Under the pieces are notes generated by a model, which saw nothing but the letters and a program-made list of their open reading frames with translations, ran no database searches and had not been told where the DNA came from. Both the position numbers and the translations under genes were made by a program. 64,000 bases of DNA from contig OZ024751.1 in the NCBI GenBank assembly GCA_964016885.1, positions 992,001 to 1,056,000 of the forward strand. Reading direction: 5' to 3'. Position 1 is the first letter of the stretch; every line of letters starts with the position of its first letter. Source of the stretch: Eledone cirrhosa. Its lineage: Eukaryota. Shown here piece after piece: positions 30,101 through 46,000 of this stretch.

Positions 30101-33100
30101 CTATACACGCTTCTCTGAGTACAGTGTGTGAGTGTAGATATGTGTTTATCAACTGTACACACTTCCCTGAATACAGTGTGTGAGTGTAGATATGTATATA
30201 TCAACTGTACACGTTTCTCTGAGTACAGTGTGTGAGTGTAGATATGTGTATATAAACTGTACACACTTCCCTGAGTACAGTGTGTGAGTGTAGATATGTA
30301 TATATCAACTATACACGCTTCTCTGAGTACAGTGTGTGAGTGTAGATATGTATATATCAACTATACACGCTTCTCTGAGTACAGTGTGTGAGTGTAGATA
30401 TGTATATATCAACTGTACACACTTCCCTGAGTACAGTGTGTGAGTGTAGATATGTATATATCAAGTGTACACACTTCCCTGAGTACAGTGTGTGAGTGTA
30501 GATATGTATATATCAAGTGTACACACTTCCCTGAGTACAGTGTGTGAGTGTAGATATGTATATATCAACTGTACACACTTCCCTGAGTACAGTGTGTGAG
30601 TGTAGATATGTATATATCAACTATACACACTTCCCTGAGTACAGTGTGTGAGTGTAGATATGTGTATATCAACTATACACACTTCCCTGAGTAGAGTGTG
30701 TGAGTGTAGATATGTATATATCAACTATACACACTTCCCTGAGTACAGTGTGTGATTGTAGATATGTGTATATCAACTGTACACACTTCCCTGAGTACAG
30801 TGTGTGAGTGTAGATATGTATATATCAAGTGTACACACTTCCCTGAGTACAGTGTGTGATTGTAGATATGTGTATATCAACTGTACACACTTCCCTGAGT
30901 ACAGTGTGTGAGTGTAGATATGTATATATCAAGTGTACACACTTCCCTGAGTACAGTGTGTGAGTGTAGATATGTGTATATCAACTGTACACACTTCCGT
31001 GAGTACAGTGTGTGAGTGTAGATATGTGTATACACACTTCCCTGAGTACAGTGTGTGAGTGTAGATATGTATATATCAACTGTACACACTTCCCTGAGTA
31101 CAGTGGGTGAGTGTAGATATGTGTATATCAACTATACACACTTCACTGAGTACAGTGTGTGAGTGTAGATATGTGTATATCAACTATACACACTTCCCTG
31201 AGTACAGTGTGTGAGTGTAGATATGTATATATCAACTGTACACACTTCCCTGAGTAGAGTGTGTGAGTGTAGATAAGTATATATCAACTGTACACACTTC
31301 CCTGAGTACAGTGTGTGAGTGTAGATATGTATATATCAACTGTACACACTTCCCTGAGTACAGTGTGTGAGTGTAGATATGTATATATCAACTATACACG
31401 CTTCTCTGAGTACAGTGTGTGAGGGTAGATATGTATATATCAACTGTACACACTTCCCTGAGTAGAGTGTGTGAGTGTAGATATGTGTATATCAACTGTA
31501 CACACTTCTCTGAGTACAGTGTGTGAGTGTAGATATGTATATATAAACTGTACACACTTCCCTGAGTACAGTGTGTGAGTGTAGATATGTGTATATCAAC
31601 TATACACGCTTCTCTGAGTACAGTGTGTGAGTGTAGATATGTGTTTATCAACTGTACACACTTCCCTGAATACAGTGTGTGAGTGTAGATATGTATATAT
31701 CAACTGTACACGTTTCTCTGAGTACAGTGTGTGAGTGTAGATATGTGTATATAAACTGTACACACTTCCCTGAGTACAGTGTGTGAGTGTAGATATGTAT
31801 ATATCAACTATACACGTTTCTCTGAGTACAGTGTGTGAGTGTAGATATGTATATATCAACTATACACGCTTCTCTGAGTACAGTGTGTGAGTGTAGATAT
31901 GTATATATCAACAGTACACACTTCCCTGAGTACAGTGTGTGATTGTAGATATGTGTATATCAACTGTACACACTTCCCTGAGTACAGTGTGTGAGTGTAG
32001 ATATGTATATATCAAGTGTACACACCTCCCTGAGTACAGTGTGTGAGTGTAGATATGTATATATCAACTATACACACTTATCTGAGTACAGTGTGTGAGT
32101 GTAGATATGTATATATCAACTGTACACACTTCTCTGAGTACAGTGTGTGAGTGTAGATATGTATATATCAACTGTACACACTTCTCTGTGTACAGTGGGT
32201 GAGTGTAGATATGTATATATCAACTGTACTCACTTCCCTGAGTACAGTGTGTGAGTGTAGATATGTATATATCAACTGTACACGCTTCTCTGAGTACAGT
32301 GGGTGAGTGTAGATATGTATATATCAACTGTACACACTTCCCTGAGTACAGTGTGTGAGTGTAGATATGTGTATATCAACTGTACACACTTCCCTGAGTA
32401 CAGTGTGTGAGTGTAGATATGTACATATCAACTGTACACACTTCCCTGAGTACAGTGTGTGAGTGTAGATATGTATATATCAACTATACACGCTTCTCTG
32501 AGTACAGTGTGTGACTGTAGATATGTATATATCAACTGTACACACTTCCCTGAGTACAGTGTGTGAGTGTAGATATGTATATATCAACTATACACGCTTC
32601 TCTGAGTACAGTGTGTGAGTGTAGATATGTATATATCAACTATACACGCTTCCCTGAGTACAGTGTGTGAGTGTAGATATGTGTATATCAACTATACACA
32701 CTTCCCTGAGTAGAGTGTGTGAGTGTAGATATGTATATATCAAGTGTACACACTTCCTTGAGTACAGTGTGTGAGTGTAGATATGTATATATCAAGTGTA
32801 CACACTTCCCTGAGTACAGTGTGTGAGTGTAGATATGTATATATCAACTGTACACACTTCCCCGAGTACAGTGGGTGAGTGTAGATATGTATATATCAAC
32901 TGTACTCACTTCCCTGAGTACAGTGGGTGAGTGTCGATATGTGTATATCAACTGTACACACTTCCCTGAGTACAGTGTGTGAGTGTAGATATGTATATAT
33001 CAACTGTACACACTTCTCTGAGTACAGTGGGTGAGTGTAGATATGTATATATCAACTATACACACTTCCCTGAGTACAGTGTGTGAGTGTAGATATGTGT

Positions 33101-36100
33101 ATATCAACTGTACACACTTCCCTGAGTACAGTGTGTGAGTGTAGATATGTGTATACACACTTCCCTGAGTACAGTGTGTGAGTGTAGATATGTATATATC
33201 AACTGTACACACTTCCCTGAGTACAGTGGGTGAGTGTAGATATGTGTATATCAACTATACACACTTCCCTGAGTACAGTGTGTGAGTGTAGATATGTGTA
33301 TATCAACTATACACACTTCCCTGAGTACAGTGTGTGAGTGTAGATATGTATATATCAACTGTACACACTTCCCTGAGTAGAGTGTGTGAGTGTAGATAAG
33401 TATATATCAACTGTACACACTTCCCTGAGTACAGTGTGTGAGTGTAGATATGTATATATCAACTGTACACACTTCCCTGAGTACAGTGTGTGAGTGTAGA
33501 TATGTATATATCAACTATACACGCTTCTCTGAGTACAGTGTGTGAGGGTAGATATGTATATATCAACTGTACACACTTCCCTGAGTAGAGTGTGTGAGTG
33601 TAGATATGTGTATATCAACTGTACACACTTCTCTGAGTACAGTGTGTGAGTGTAGATATGTATATATAAACTGTACACACTTCCCTGAGTACAGTGTGTG
33701 AGTGTAGATATGAGTATATCAACTATACACGCTTCTCTGAGTACAGTGTGTGAGTGTAGATATGTGTTTATCAACTGTACACACTTCCCTGAATACAGTG
33801 TGTGAGTGTAGATATGTATATATCAACTGTACACGTTTCTCTGAGTACAGTGTGTGAGTGTAGATATGTGTATATAAACTGTACACACTTCCCTGAGTAC
33901 AGTGTGTGAGTGTAGATATGTATATATCAACTATACACGCTTCTCTGAGTACAGTGTGTGAGTGTAGATATGTATATATCAACTATACACGCTTCTCTGA
34001 GTACAGTGTGTGAGTGTAGATATGTATATATCAACTGTACACACTTCCCTGAGTACAGTGTGTGAGTGTAGATATGTATATATCAAGTGTACACACTTCC
34101 CTGAGTACAGTGTGTGAGTGTAGATATGTATATATCAAGTGTACACACTTCCCTGAGTACAGTGTGTGAGTGTAGATATGTATATATCAACTGTACACAC
34201 TTCCCTGAGTACAGTGTGTGAGTGTAGATATGTATATATCAACTATACACACTTCCCTGAGTACAGTGTGTGAGTGTAGATATGTGTATATCAACTATAC
34301 ACACTTCCCTGAGTAGAGTGTGTGAGTGTAGATATGTATATATCAACTATACACACTTCCCTGAGTACAGTGTGTGAGTGTAGATATGTATATATCAACT
34401 GTACACGCTTCTCTGAGTACAGTGGGTGAGTGTAGATATGTATATATCAACTGTACACACTTCCCTGAGTACAGTGTGTGAGTGTAGATATGTATATATC
34501 AACTATACACGCTTCTCTGAATACAGTGTGTGAGTGTAGATATGTATATATCAACTGTACACACTTCCCTGAGTACAGTGTGTGAGTGTAGATATGTATA
34601 TATCAACTGTACACACTTCCCTGAGTACAGTGGGTGAGTGTAGATATGTGTATATCAACTATACACACTTCACTGAGTACAGTGTGTGAGTGTAGATATG
34701 TGTATATCAACTATACACACTTCCCTGAGTACAGTGTGTGAGTGTAGATATGTATATATCAACTGTACACACTTCCCTGAGTAGAGTGTGTGAGTGTAGA
34801 TAAGTATATATCAACTGTACACACTTCCCTGAGTACAGTGTGTGAGTGTAGATATGTATATATCAACTGTACACACTTCCCTGAGTACAGTGTGTGAGTG
34901 TAGATATGTATATATCAACTATACACGCTTCTCTGAGTACAGTGTGTGAGGGTAGATATGTATATATCAACTGTACACACTTCCCTGAGTAGAGTGTGTG
35001 AGTGTAGATATGTGTATATCAACTGTACACACTTCTCTGAGTACAGTGTGTGAGTGTAGATATGTATATATAAACTGTACACACTTCCCTGAGTACAGTG
35101 TGTGAGTGTAGATATGTGTATATCAACTATACACGCTTCTCTGAGTACAGTGTGTGAGTGTAGATATGTGTTTATCAACTGTACACACTTCCCTGAATAC
35201 AGTGTGTGAGTGTAGATATGTATATATCAACTGTACACGTTTCTCTGAGTACAGTGTGTGAGTGTAGATATGTGTATATAAACTGTACACACTTCCCTGA
35301 GTACAGTGTGTGAGTGTAGATATGTATATATCAACTATACACGCTTCTCTGAGTACAGTGTGTGAGTGTAGATATGTATATATCAACTATACACGCTTCT
35401 CTGAGTACAGTGTGTGAGTGTAGATATGTATATATCAACAGTACACACTTCCCTGAGTACAGTGTGTGATTGTAGATATGTGTATATCAACTGTACACAC
35501 TTCCCTGAGTACAGTGTGTGAGTGTAGATATGTATATATCAAGTGTACACACCTCCCTGAGTACAGTGTGTGAGTGTAGATATGTATATATCAACTATAC
35601 ACACTTATCTGAGTACAGTGTGTGAGTGTAGATATGTATATATCAACTGTACACACTTCTCTGAGTACAGTGTGTGAGTGTAGATATGTATATATCAACT
35701 GTACACACTTCTCTGTGTACAGTGGGTGAGTGTAGATATGTATATATCAACTGTACTCACTTCCCTGAGTACAGTGTGTGAGTGTAGATATGTATATATC
35801 AACTGTACACGCTTCTCTGAGTACAGTGGGTGAGTGTAGATATGTATATATCAACTGTACACACTTCCCTGAGTACAGTGTGTGAGTGTAGATATGTGTA
35901 TATCAACAGTACACACTTCCCTGAGTACAGTGTGTGAGTGTAGATATGTATATATCAACTGTACACACTTCTCTGAGTACAGTGTGTGAGTGTAGATATG
36001 TACATATCAACTGTACACACTTCCCTGAGTACAGTGTGTGAGTGTAGATATGTATATATCAACTATACACGCTTCTCTGAGTACAGTGTGTGACTGTAGA

Positions 36101-39100
36101 TATGTATATATCAACTGTACACACTTCCCTGAGTACAGTGTGTGAGTGTAGATATGTATATATCAACTATACACGCTTCTCTGAGTACAGTGTGTGAGTG
36201 TAGATATGTATATATCAACTATACACGCTTCCCTGAGTACAGTGTGTGAGTGTAGATATGTGTATATCAACTATACACACTTCCCTGAGTAGAGTGTGTG
36301 AGTGTAGATATGTATATATCAAGTGTACACACTTCCTTGATTACAGTGTGTGAGTGTAGATATGTATATATCAAGTGTACACACTTCCCTGAGTACAGTG
36401 TGTGAGTGTAGATATGTATATATCAACTGTACACACTTCCCCGAGTACAGTGGGTGAGTGTAGATATGTATATATCAACTGTACTCACTTCCCTGAGTAC
36501 AGTGGGTGAGTGTCGATATGTGTATATCAACTGTACACACTTCCCTGAGTACAGTGTGTGAGTGTAGATATGTATATATCAACTGTACACACTTCTCTGA
36601 GTACAGTGGGTGAGTGTAGATATGTATATATCAACTATACACACTTCCCTGAGTACAGTGTGTGAGTGTAGATATGTGTATATCAACTGTACACACTTCC
36701 CTGAGTACAGTGTGTGAGTGTAGATATGTGTATACACACTTCCCTGAGTACAGTGTGTGAGTGTAGATATGTATATATCAACTGTACACACTTCCCTGAG
36801 TACAGTGGGTGAGTGTAGATATGTGTATATCAACTATACACACTTCCCTGAGTACAGTGTGTGAGTGTAGATATGTGTATATCAACTATACACACTTCCC
36901 TGAGTACAGTGTGTGAGTGTAGATATGTATATATCAACTGTACACACTTCCCTGAGTAGAGTGTGTGAGTGTAGATAAGTATATATCAACTGTACACACT
37001 TCCCTGAGTACAGTGTGTGAGTGTAGATATGTATATATCAACTGTACACACTTCCCTGAGTACAGTGTGTGAGTGTAGATATGTATATATCAACTATACA
37101 CGCTTCTCTGAGTACAGTGTGTGAGGGTAGATATGTATATATCAACTGTACACACTTCCCTGAGTAGAGTGTGTGAGTGTAGATATGTGTATATCAACTG
37201 TACACACTTCTCTGAGTACAGTGTGTGAGTGTAGATATGTATATATAAACTGTACACACTTCCCTGAGTACAGTGTGTGAGTGTAGATATGAGTATATCA
37301 ACTATACACGCTTCTCTGAGTACAGTGTGTGAGTGTAGATATGTGTTTATCAACTGTACACACTTCCCTGAATACAGTGTGTGAGTGTAGATATGTATAT
37401 ATCAACTGTACACGTTTCTCTGAGTACAGTGTGTGAGTGTAGATATGTGTATATAAACTGTACACACTTCCCTGAGTACAGTGTGTGAGTGTAGATATGT
37501 ATATATCAACTATACACGCTTCTCTGAGTACAGTGTGTGAGTGTAGATATGTATATATCAACTATACACGCTTCTCTGAGTACAGTGTGTGAGTGTAGAT
37601 ATGTATATATCAACTGTACACACTTCCCTGAGTACAGTGTGTGAGTGTAGATATGTATATATCAAGTGTACACACTTCCCTGAGTACAGTGTGTGAGTGT
37701 AGATATGTATATATCAAGTGTACACACTTCCCTGAGTACAGTGTGTGAGTGTAGATATGTATATATCAACTGTACACACTTCCCTGAGTACAGTGTGTGA
37801 GTGTAGATATGTATATATCAACTATACACACTTCCCTGAGTACAGTGTGTGAGTGTAGATATGTGTATATCAACTATACACACTTCCCTGAGTAGAGTGT
37901 GTGAGTGTAGATATGTATATATCAACTATACACACTTCCCTGAGTACAGTGTGTGAGTGTAGATATGTATATATCAACTGTACACGCTTCTCTGAGTACA
38001 GTGGGTGAGTGTAGATATGTATATATCAACTGTACACACTTCCCTGAGTACAGTGTGTGAGTGTAGATATGTATATATCAACTATACACGCTTCTCTGAA
38101 TACAGTGTGTGAGTGTAGATATGTATATATCAACTGTACACACTTCCCTGAGTACAGTGTGTGAGTGTAGATATGTATATATCAACTATACACGCTTCTC
38201 TGAGTACAGTGTGTGAGTGTAGATATGTATATATCAACTATACACGCTTCCCTGAGTACAGTGTGTGAGTGTAGATATGTGTATATCAACTATACACACT
38301 TCCCTGAGTAGAGTATGTGAGTGTAGATATGTATATATCAACTATACACACTTCCCTGAGTACAGTGTGTGAGTGTAGATATGTATATATCAAGTGTACA
38401 CACTTCCTTGTGTACAGTGTGTGAGTGTAGATATGTATATATCAAGTGTACACACTTCCCTGAGTACAGTGTGTGAGTGTAGATATGTATATATCAACTG
38501 TACACACTTCCCCGAGTACAGTGGGTGAGTGTAGATATGTATATATCAACTGTACTCACTTCCCTGAGTACAGTGGGTGAGTGTCGATATGTGTATATCA
38601 ACTGTACACACTTCCCTGAGTACAGTGTGTGAGTGTAGATATGTATATATCAACTGTACACACTTCTCTGAGTACAGTGGGTGAGTGTAGATATGTATAT
38701 ATCAACTATACACACTTCCCTGAGTACAGTGTGTGAGTGTAGATATGTGTATATCAACTGTACACACTTCCCTGAGTACAGTGTGTGAGTGTAGATATGT
38801 GTATACACACTTCCCTGAGTACAGTGTGTGAGTGTAGATATGTATATATCAACTGTACACACTTCCCTGAGTACAGTGGGTGAGTGTAGATATGTGTATA
38901 TCAACTATACACACTTCACTGAGTACAGTGTGTGAGTGTAGATATGTGTATATCAACTATACACACTTCCCTGAGTACAGTGTGTGAGTGTAGATATGTA
39001 TATATCAACTGTACACACTTCCCTGAGTAGAGTGTGTGAGTGTAGATAAGTATATATCAACTGTACACACTTCCCTGAGTACAGTGTGTGAGTGTAGATA

Positions 39101-40040
39101 TGTATATATCAACTGTACACACTTCCCTGAGTACAGTGTGTGAGTGTAGATATGTATATATCAACTATACACGCTTCTCTGAGTACAGTGTGTGAGGGTA
39201 GATATGTATATATCAACTGTACACACTTCCCTGAGTAGAGTGTGTGAGTGTAGATATGTGTATATCAACTGTACACACTTCTCTGAGTACATTGTGTGAG
39301 TGTAGATATGTATATATAAACTGTACACACTTCCCTGAGTACAGTGTGTGAGTGTAGATATGTGTATATCAACTATACACGCGTCTCTGAGTACAGTGTG
39401 TGAGTGTAGATATGTGTTTATCAACTGTACACACTTCCCTGAATACAGTGTGTGAGTGTAGATATGTATATATCAACTGTACACGTTTCTCTGAGTACAG
39501 TGTGTGAGTGTAGATATGTGTATATAAACTGTACACACTTCCCTGAGTACAGTGTGTGAGTGTAGATATGTATATATCAACTATACACGCTTCTCTGAGT
39601 ACAGTGTGTGAGTGTAGATATGTATATATCAACTATACACGCTTCTCTGAGTACAGTGTGTGAGTGTAGATATGTATATATCAACTGTACACACTTCCCT
39701 GAGTACAGTGTGTGAGTGTAGATATGTATATATCAAGTGTGCACACTTCCCTGAGTACAGTGTGTGAGTGTAGATATGTATATATCAAGTGTACACACTT
39801 CCCTGAGTACAGTGTGTGAGTGTAGATATGTATATATCAACTGTACACACTTCCCTGAGTACAGTGTGTGAGTGTAGATATGTATATATCAACTATACAC
39901 ACTTCCCTGAGTACAGTGTGTGAGTGTAGATATGTGTATATCAACTATACACACTTCCCTGAGTAGAGTGTGTGAGTGTAGATATGTATATATCAACTAT
40001 ACACACTTCCCTGAGTACAGTGTGTGAGTGTAGATATGTA
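27150..40040. repeat. Higher-order-repeat domain: seven copies of a conserved variant cassette at 1.4-2.2 kb spacing
   Basis: The cassette (GATAAG, GAGGGTAG, TATAAAC, GTGTTTATC, CTGAATAC, CACGTTTC, TATAAAC) yields the MINTY... ORFs at 27714, 29889, 31388, 33511, 34915, 37090 and 39161. Spacings are 2175, 1499, 2123, 1404, 2175 and 2071 bp, i.e. 42, 29, 41, 27, 42 and 40 monomers. Confidence 0.88.
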
Positions 40041-43000
40041 TATATCAACTGTACACGCTTCTCTGAGTACAGTGGGTGAGTGTAGATATGTATATATCAA
40101 CTGTACACACTTCTCTGAGTACAGTGGGTGAGTGTAGATATGTATATATCAACTGTACACACTTCCCTGAGTACAGTGTGTGAGTGTAGATATGTGTATA
40201 TCAACTATACACACTTCCCTGAGTACAGTGTGTTAGTGTAGATGAGTATATATCAACTATACACACTTCCCTGAGTACAGTGTGTGAGTGTAGATATGTA
40301 TATATCAACTGTACACACTTCCCTGAGTACAGTGTGTGAGTGTAGATATGTATATATCAACTGTACACACTTCTCTGAGTACAGTGGGTGAGTGTAGATA
40401 TGTATATATCAACTGTACACACTTCTCTGAGTACAGTGTGTGAGTGTAGATATGTATATATCAACTGTACACACTTCCCTGAGTACAGTGTGTGAGTGTA
40501 GATATGTATATATCAACTGTACACACTTCTCTGAGTACAGTGGGTGAGTGTAGATATGTATATATCAACTGTACACACTTCCCTGAGTACAGTGTGTGAG
40601 TGTAGATATGTATATATCAACTGTACACACTTCTCTGCGTACAGTGTGTGAGTGTAGATATGTGTATATCAACTATACACACTTCCCTGAGTACAGTGTG
40701 TGAGTGTGGATATGTATATATCAACTATACACGCTTCTCTGAGTACAATGTGTGAGTGTAGATATGTATATATCAACAGTACACACTTCCCTGAGTACAG
40801 TGTGTGAGTGTAGATATGTGTATATCAACTGTACACGCTTCTCTAAGTACAGTGGGTGAATGTAGATATGTGTATATCAACTATACACACTTCCCTGAGT
40901 ACAGTGTGTGAGTGTAGATATGTGTATATCAACTGTACACGCTTCCCTGAGTACAGTGTGTGAGTGTAGATATGTATATATCAACTGTACACGCTTCTCT
41001 GAGTACAGTGGGTGAGTGTAGATATGTGTATATCAACTGTACACGATTCCCTTAGTACAGTGTGTGAGTGTAGATATGTATATATCAACTATACACGCTT
41101 CTCTGAGTACAGTGTGTGAGTGTAGATATGTGTATATCAACTGTACACGATTCCCTTAGTACAGTATGTGAGTGTAGATATGTGTATATCAACTGTACAC
41201 GCTTCCCTGAGTACAGTGTGTGAGTGTAGATATGTATATATCAACTGTACACGCTTCTCTGAGTACAGTGGGTGAGTGTAGATATGTGTATATCAACTGT
41301 ACACGATTCCCTTAGTACAGTGTGTGAGTGTAGATATGTATATATCAACTGTACGCACTTCTCTGAGTACAGTGTGTGAGTGTAGATATGTGTATATCAA
41401 CTGTACACACTTCCCTGAGTACAGTGTGTGAGTGTAGATATGTATATATCAACTGTACACACTTCTCTGAGTACAGTGTGTGAGTGTAGATATGTATATA
41501 TCAACTGTACACACTTCCCTGAGTACAGTGTGTGAGTGTAGATATGTATATATCAACTGTACACACTTCTCTGAGTACAGTGTGTGAGTGTAGATATGTG
41601 TATATCAACTGTACACACTTCCCTGAGTACAGTGTGTGAGTGTAGATATGTATATATCAACTGTACACGCTTCCCTGAGTACAGTGTGTGAGTGTAGATA
41701 TGTGTATATCAACTGTACACACTTCTCTGAGTACAGTGTGTGAGTGTAGATATGTGTATATCAACTGTTCACACTTCCCTGAGTACAGTGTGTGAGTGTA
41801 GATATGTATATATCAACTGTACACACTTCTCTGAGTACAGTGTGTGAGTGTTGATATGTATATATCAACTGTACACACTTCTCTGAGTACAGTGTGTGAG
41901 TGTAGATATGTGTATATCAACTGTACACACTTCCCTGAGTACAGTGTGTGAGTGTAGATATGTGTATATCAACTGTACACACTTCCCTGAGTAGAGTGTG
42001 TGAGTGTAGATATGTATATATCAACTGTACACACTTCCCTGAGTTCAGTGTGTGAGTGTAGATATGTAGATATCAACTGTACACACTTCCCTGAGTACAG
42101 TGTGTGAGTGTAGATATGTATATATCAACTATACACGCATCTCTGAGTACAGTGTGTGAGTGTAGATATGTATATATCAACTGTACACACTTCCCTGAGT
42201 ACAGTGTGTGAGTGTAGATATGTGTATATCAACTGTATACACTTCTCTGAGTACAGTGTGTGAGTGTAGATATGTATATATCAACTGTACACACTTCCCT
42301 GAGTACAGTGTGTGAGTGTAGATATGTGTATATCAACTATACACGCTTCTCTGAGTACAGTGTGTGAGTGTAGATATGTGTATATCAACTGTACACACTT
42401 CCCTGAGTACAGTGTGTGAGTGTAGATATGTATATATCAACTATACACGCTTCTCTGAGTACAGTGTGTGAGTGTAGATATGTATATACCAACTATACAC
42501 GCTTCTCTGAGTACAGTGTGTGAGTGTAGATATGTATATATCAACTATACACGCTTCTCTGAGTACAGTGTGTGAGTGTAGATATGTATATATCAACTAT
42601 ACACGCTTCTCTGAGTACAGTGTGTGAGTGTAGATATGTATATATCAACTGTACACACTTCCCTGAGTACAGTGTGTGAGTGTAGATATGTATATATCAA
42701 CTGTACACACTTCTCTGAGTACAGTGGGTGAGTGTAGATATGTATATATCAACTGTACACACTTCCCTGAGTACAGTGTGTGAGTGTAGATATGTATATA
42801 TCAACTGTACACACTTCTCTGAGTACAGTGTGTGAGTGTAGATATGTGTATATCAACTATACACACTTCCCTGAGTACAGTGTGTGAGTGTAGATATGTA
42901 TATATCAACTATACACGCTTCTCTGAGTGCAATGTGTGAGTGTAGATATGTATATATCAACAGTACACACTTCCCTGAGTACAGTGTGTGAGTGTAGATA

Positions 43001-46000
43001 TGTGTATATCAACTGTACACGCTTCTCTGAGTACAGTGGGTGAATGTAGATATGTGTATATCAACTATACACACTTCCCTGAGTACAGTGTGTGAGTGTA
43101 GATATGTGTATATCAACTGTACACGCTTCCGTGAGTACACTGTGTGAGTGTAGATATGTATATATCAACTGTACACGCTTCTCTGAGTACAGTGGGTGAG
43201 TGTAGATATGTGTATATCAACTGTACACGATTCCCTGAGTACAGTGTGTGAGTGTAGATATGTATATATCAACTGTACACGCTTCCCTGAGTACAGTGTG
43301 TGAGTGTAGATATGTGTATATCAACTGTACACGCTTCTCTGAGTACAGTGGGTGAGTGTAGATATGTATATATCAACTATACACGCTTCTCTGAGTACAG
43401 TGTGTGAGTGTAGATATGTGTATATCAACTATACACGCTTCTCTGAGTACAGTGGGTGAGTGTAGATATGTATATATCAACTATACACGCTTCTCTGAGT
43501 ACAGTGTGTGAGTGTAGATATGTATATATCAACTATACACGCTTCCCTAAGTACAGTGTGTGAATGTAGATATGTATATATCAACTGTACACGCTTCTCT
43601 GAGTACAGTGGGTGAGTGTAGATATGTATATATCAACTGTACACACTTCTCTGAGTACAGTGGGTGAGTGTAGATATGTATATATCAACTGTACACACTT
43701 CCCTGAGTACAGTGTGTGAGTGTAGATATGTGTATATCAACTATACACACTTCCCTGAGTACAGTGTGTTAGTGTAGATGAGTATATATCAACTATACAC
43801 ACTTCCCTGAGTACAGTGTGTGAGTGTAGATATGTATATATCAACTGTACACACTTCCCTGAGTACAGTGTGTGAGTGTAGATATGTATATATCAACTGT
43901 ACACACTTCTCTGAGTACAGTGGGTGAGTGTAGATATGTATATATCAACTGTACACACTTCTCTGAGTACAGTGTGTGAGTGTAGATATGTATATATCAA
44001 CTGTACACACTTCCCTGAGTACAGTGTGTGAGTGTAGATATGTATATATCAACTGTACACACTTCTCTGAGTACAGTGGGTGAGTGTAGATATGTATATA
44101 TCAACTGTACACACTTCCCTGAGTACAGTGTGTGAGTGTAGATATGTATATATCAACTGTACACACTTCTCTGCGTACAGTGTGTGAGTGTAGATATGTG
44201 TATATCAACTATACACACTTCCCTGAGTACAGTGTGTGAGTGTGGATATGTATATATCAACTATACACGCTTCTCTGAGTACAATGTGTGAGTGTAGATA
44301 TGTATATATCAACAGTACACACTTCCCTGAGTACAGTGTGTGAGTGTAGATATGTGTATATCAACTGTACACGCTTCTCTAAGTACAGTGGGTGAATGTA
44401 GATATGTGTATATCAACTATACACACTTCCCTGAGTACAGTGTGTGAGTGTAGATATGTGTATATCAACTGTACACGCTTCCCTGAGTACAGTGTGTGAG
44501 TGTAGATATGTATATATCAACTGTACACGCTTCTCTGAGTACAGTGGGTGAGTGTAGATATGTGTATATCAACTGTACACGATTCCCTTAGTACAGTGTG
44601 TGAGTGTAGATATGTATATATCAACTATACACGCTTCTCTGAGTACAGTGTGTGAGTGTAGATATGTGTATATCAACTGTACACGATTCCCTTAGTACAG
44701 TATGTGAGTGTAGATATGTGTATATCAACTGTACACGCTTCCCTGAGTACAGTGTGTGAGTGTAGATATGTATATATCAACTGTACACGCTTCTCTGAGT
44801 ACAGTGGGTGAGTGTAGATATGTGTATATCAACTGTACACGATTCCCTTAGTACAGTGTGTGAGTGTAGATATGTATATATCAACTGTACGCACTTCTCT
44901 GAGTACAGTGTGTGAGTGTAGATATGTGTATATCAACTGTACACACTTCCCTGAGTACAGTGTGTGAGTGTAGATATGTATATATCAACTGTACACACTT
45001 CTCTGAGTACAGTGTGTGAGTGTAGATATGTATATATCAACTGTACACACTTCCCTGAGTACAGTGTGTGAGTGTAGATATGTATATATCAACTGTACAC
45101 ACTTCTCTGAGTACAGTGTGTGAGTGTAGATATGTGTATATCAACTGTACACACTTCCCTGAGTACAGTGTGTGAGTGTAGATATGTATATATCAACTGT
45201 ACACGCTTCCCTGAGTACAGTGTGTGAGTGTAGATATGTGTATATCAACTGTACACACTTCTCTGAGTACAGTGTGTGAGTGTAGATATGTGTATATCAA
45301 CTGTTCACACTTCCCTGAGTACAGTGTGTGAGTGTAGATATGTATATATCAACTGTACACACTTCTCTGAGTACAGTGTGTGAGTGTTGATATGTATATA
45401 TCAACTGTACACACTTCTCTGAGTACAGTGTGTGAGTGTAGATATGTGTATATCAACTGTACACACTTCCCTGAGTACAGTGTGTGAGTGTAGATATGTG
45501 TATATCAACTGTACACACTTCCCTGAGTAGAGTGTGTGAGTGTAGATATGTATATATCAACTGTACACACTTCCCTGAGTTCAGTGTGTGAGTGTAGATA
45601 TGTAGATATCAACTGTACACACTTCCCTGAGTACAGTGTGTGAGTGTAGATATGTATATATCAACTATACACGCATCTCTGAGTACAGTGTGTGAGTGTA
45701 GATATGTATATATCAACTGTACACACTTCCCTGAGTACAGTGTGTGAGTGTAGATATGTGTATATCAACTGTACACACTTCTCTGAGTACAGTGTGTGAG
45801 TGTAGATATGTATATATCAACTGTACACACTTCCCTGAGTACAGTGTGTGAGTGTAGATATGTGTATATCAACTATACACGCTTCTCTGAGTACAGTGTG
45901 TGAGTGTAGATATGTGTATATCAACTGTACACACTTCCCTGAGTACAGTGTGTGAGTGTAGATATGTATATATCAACTATACACGCTTCTCTGAGTACAG

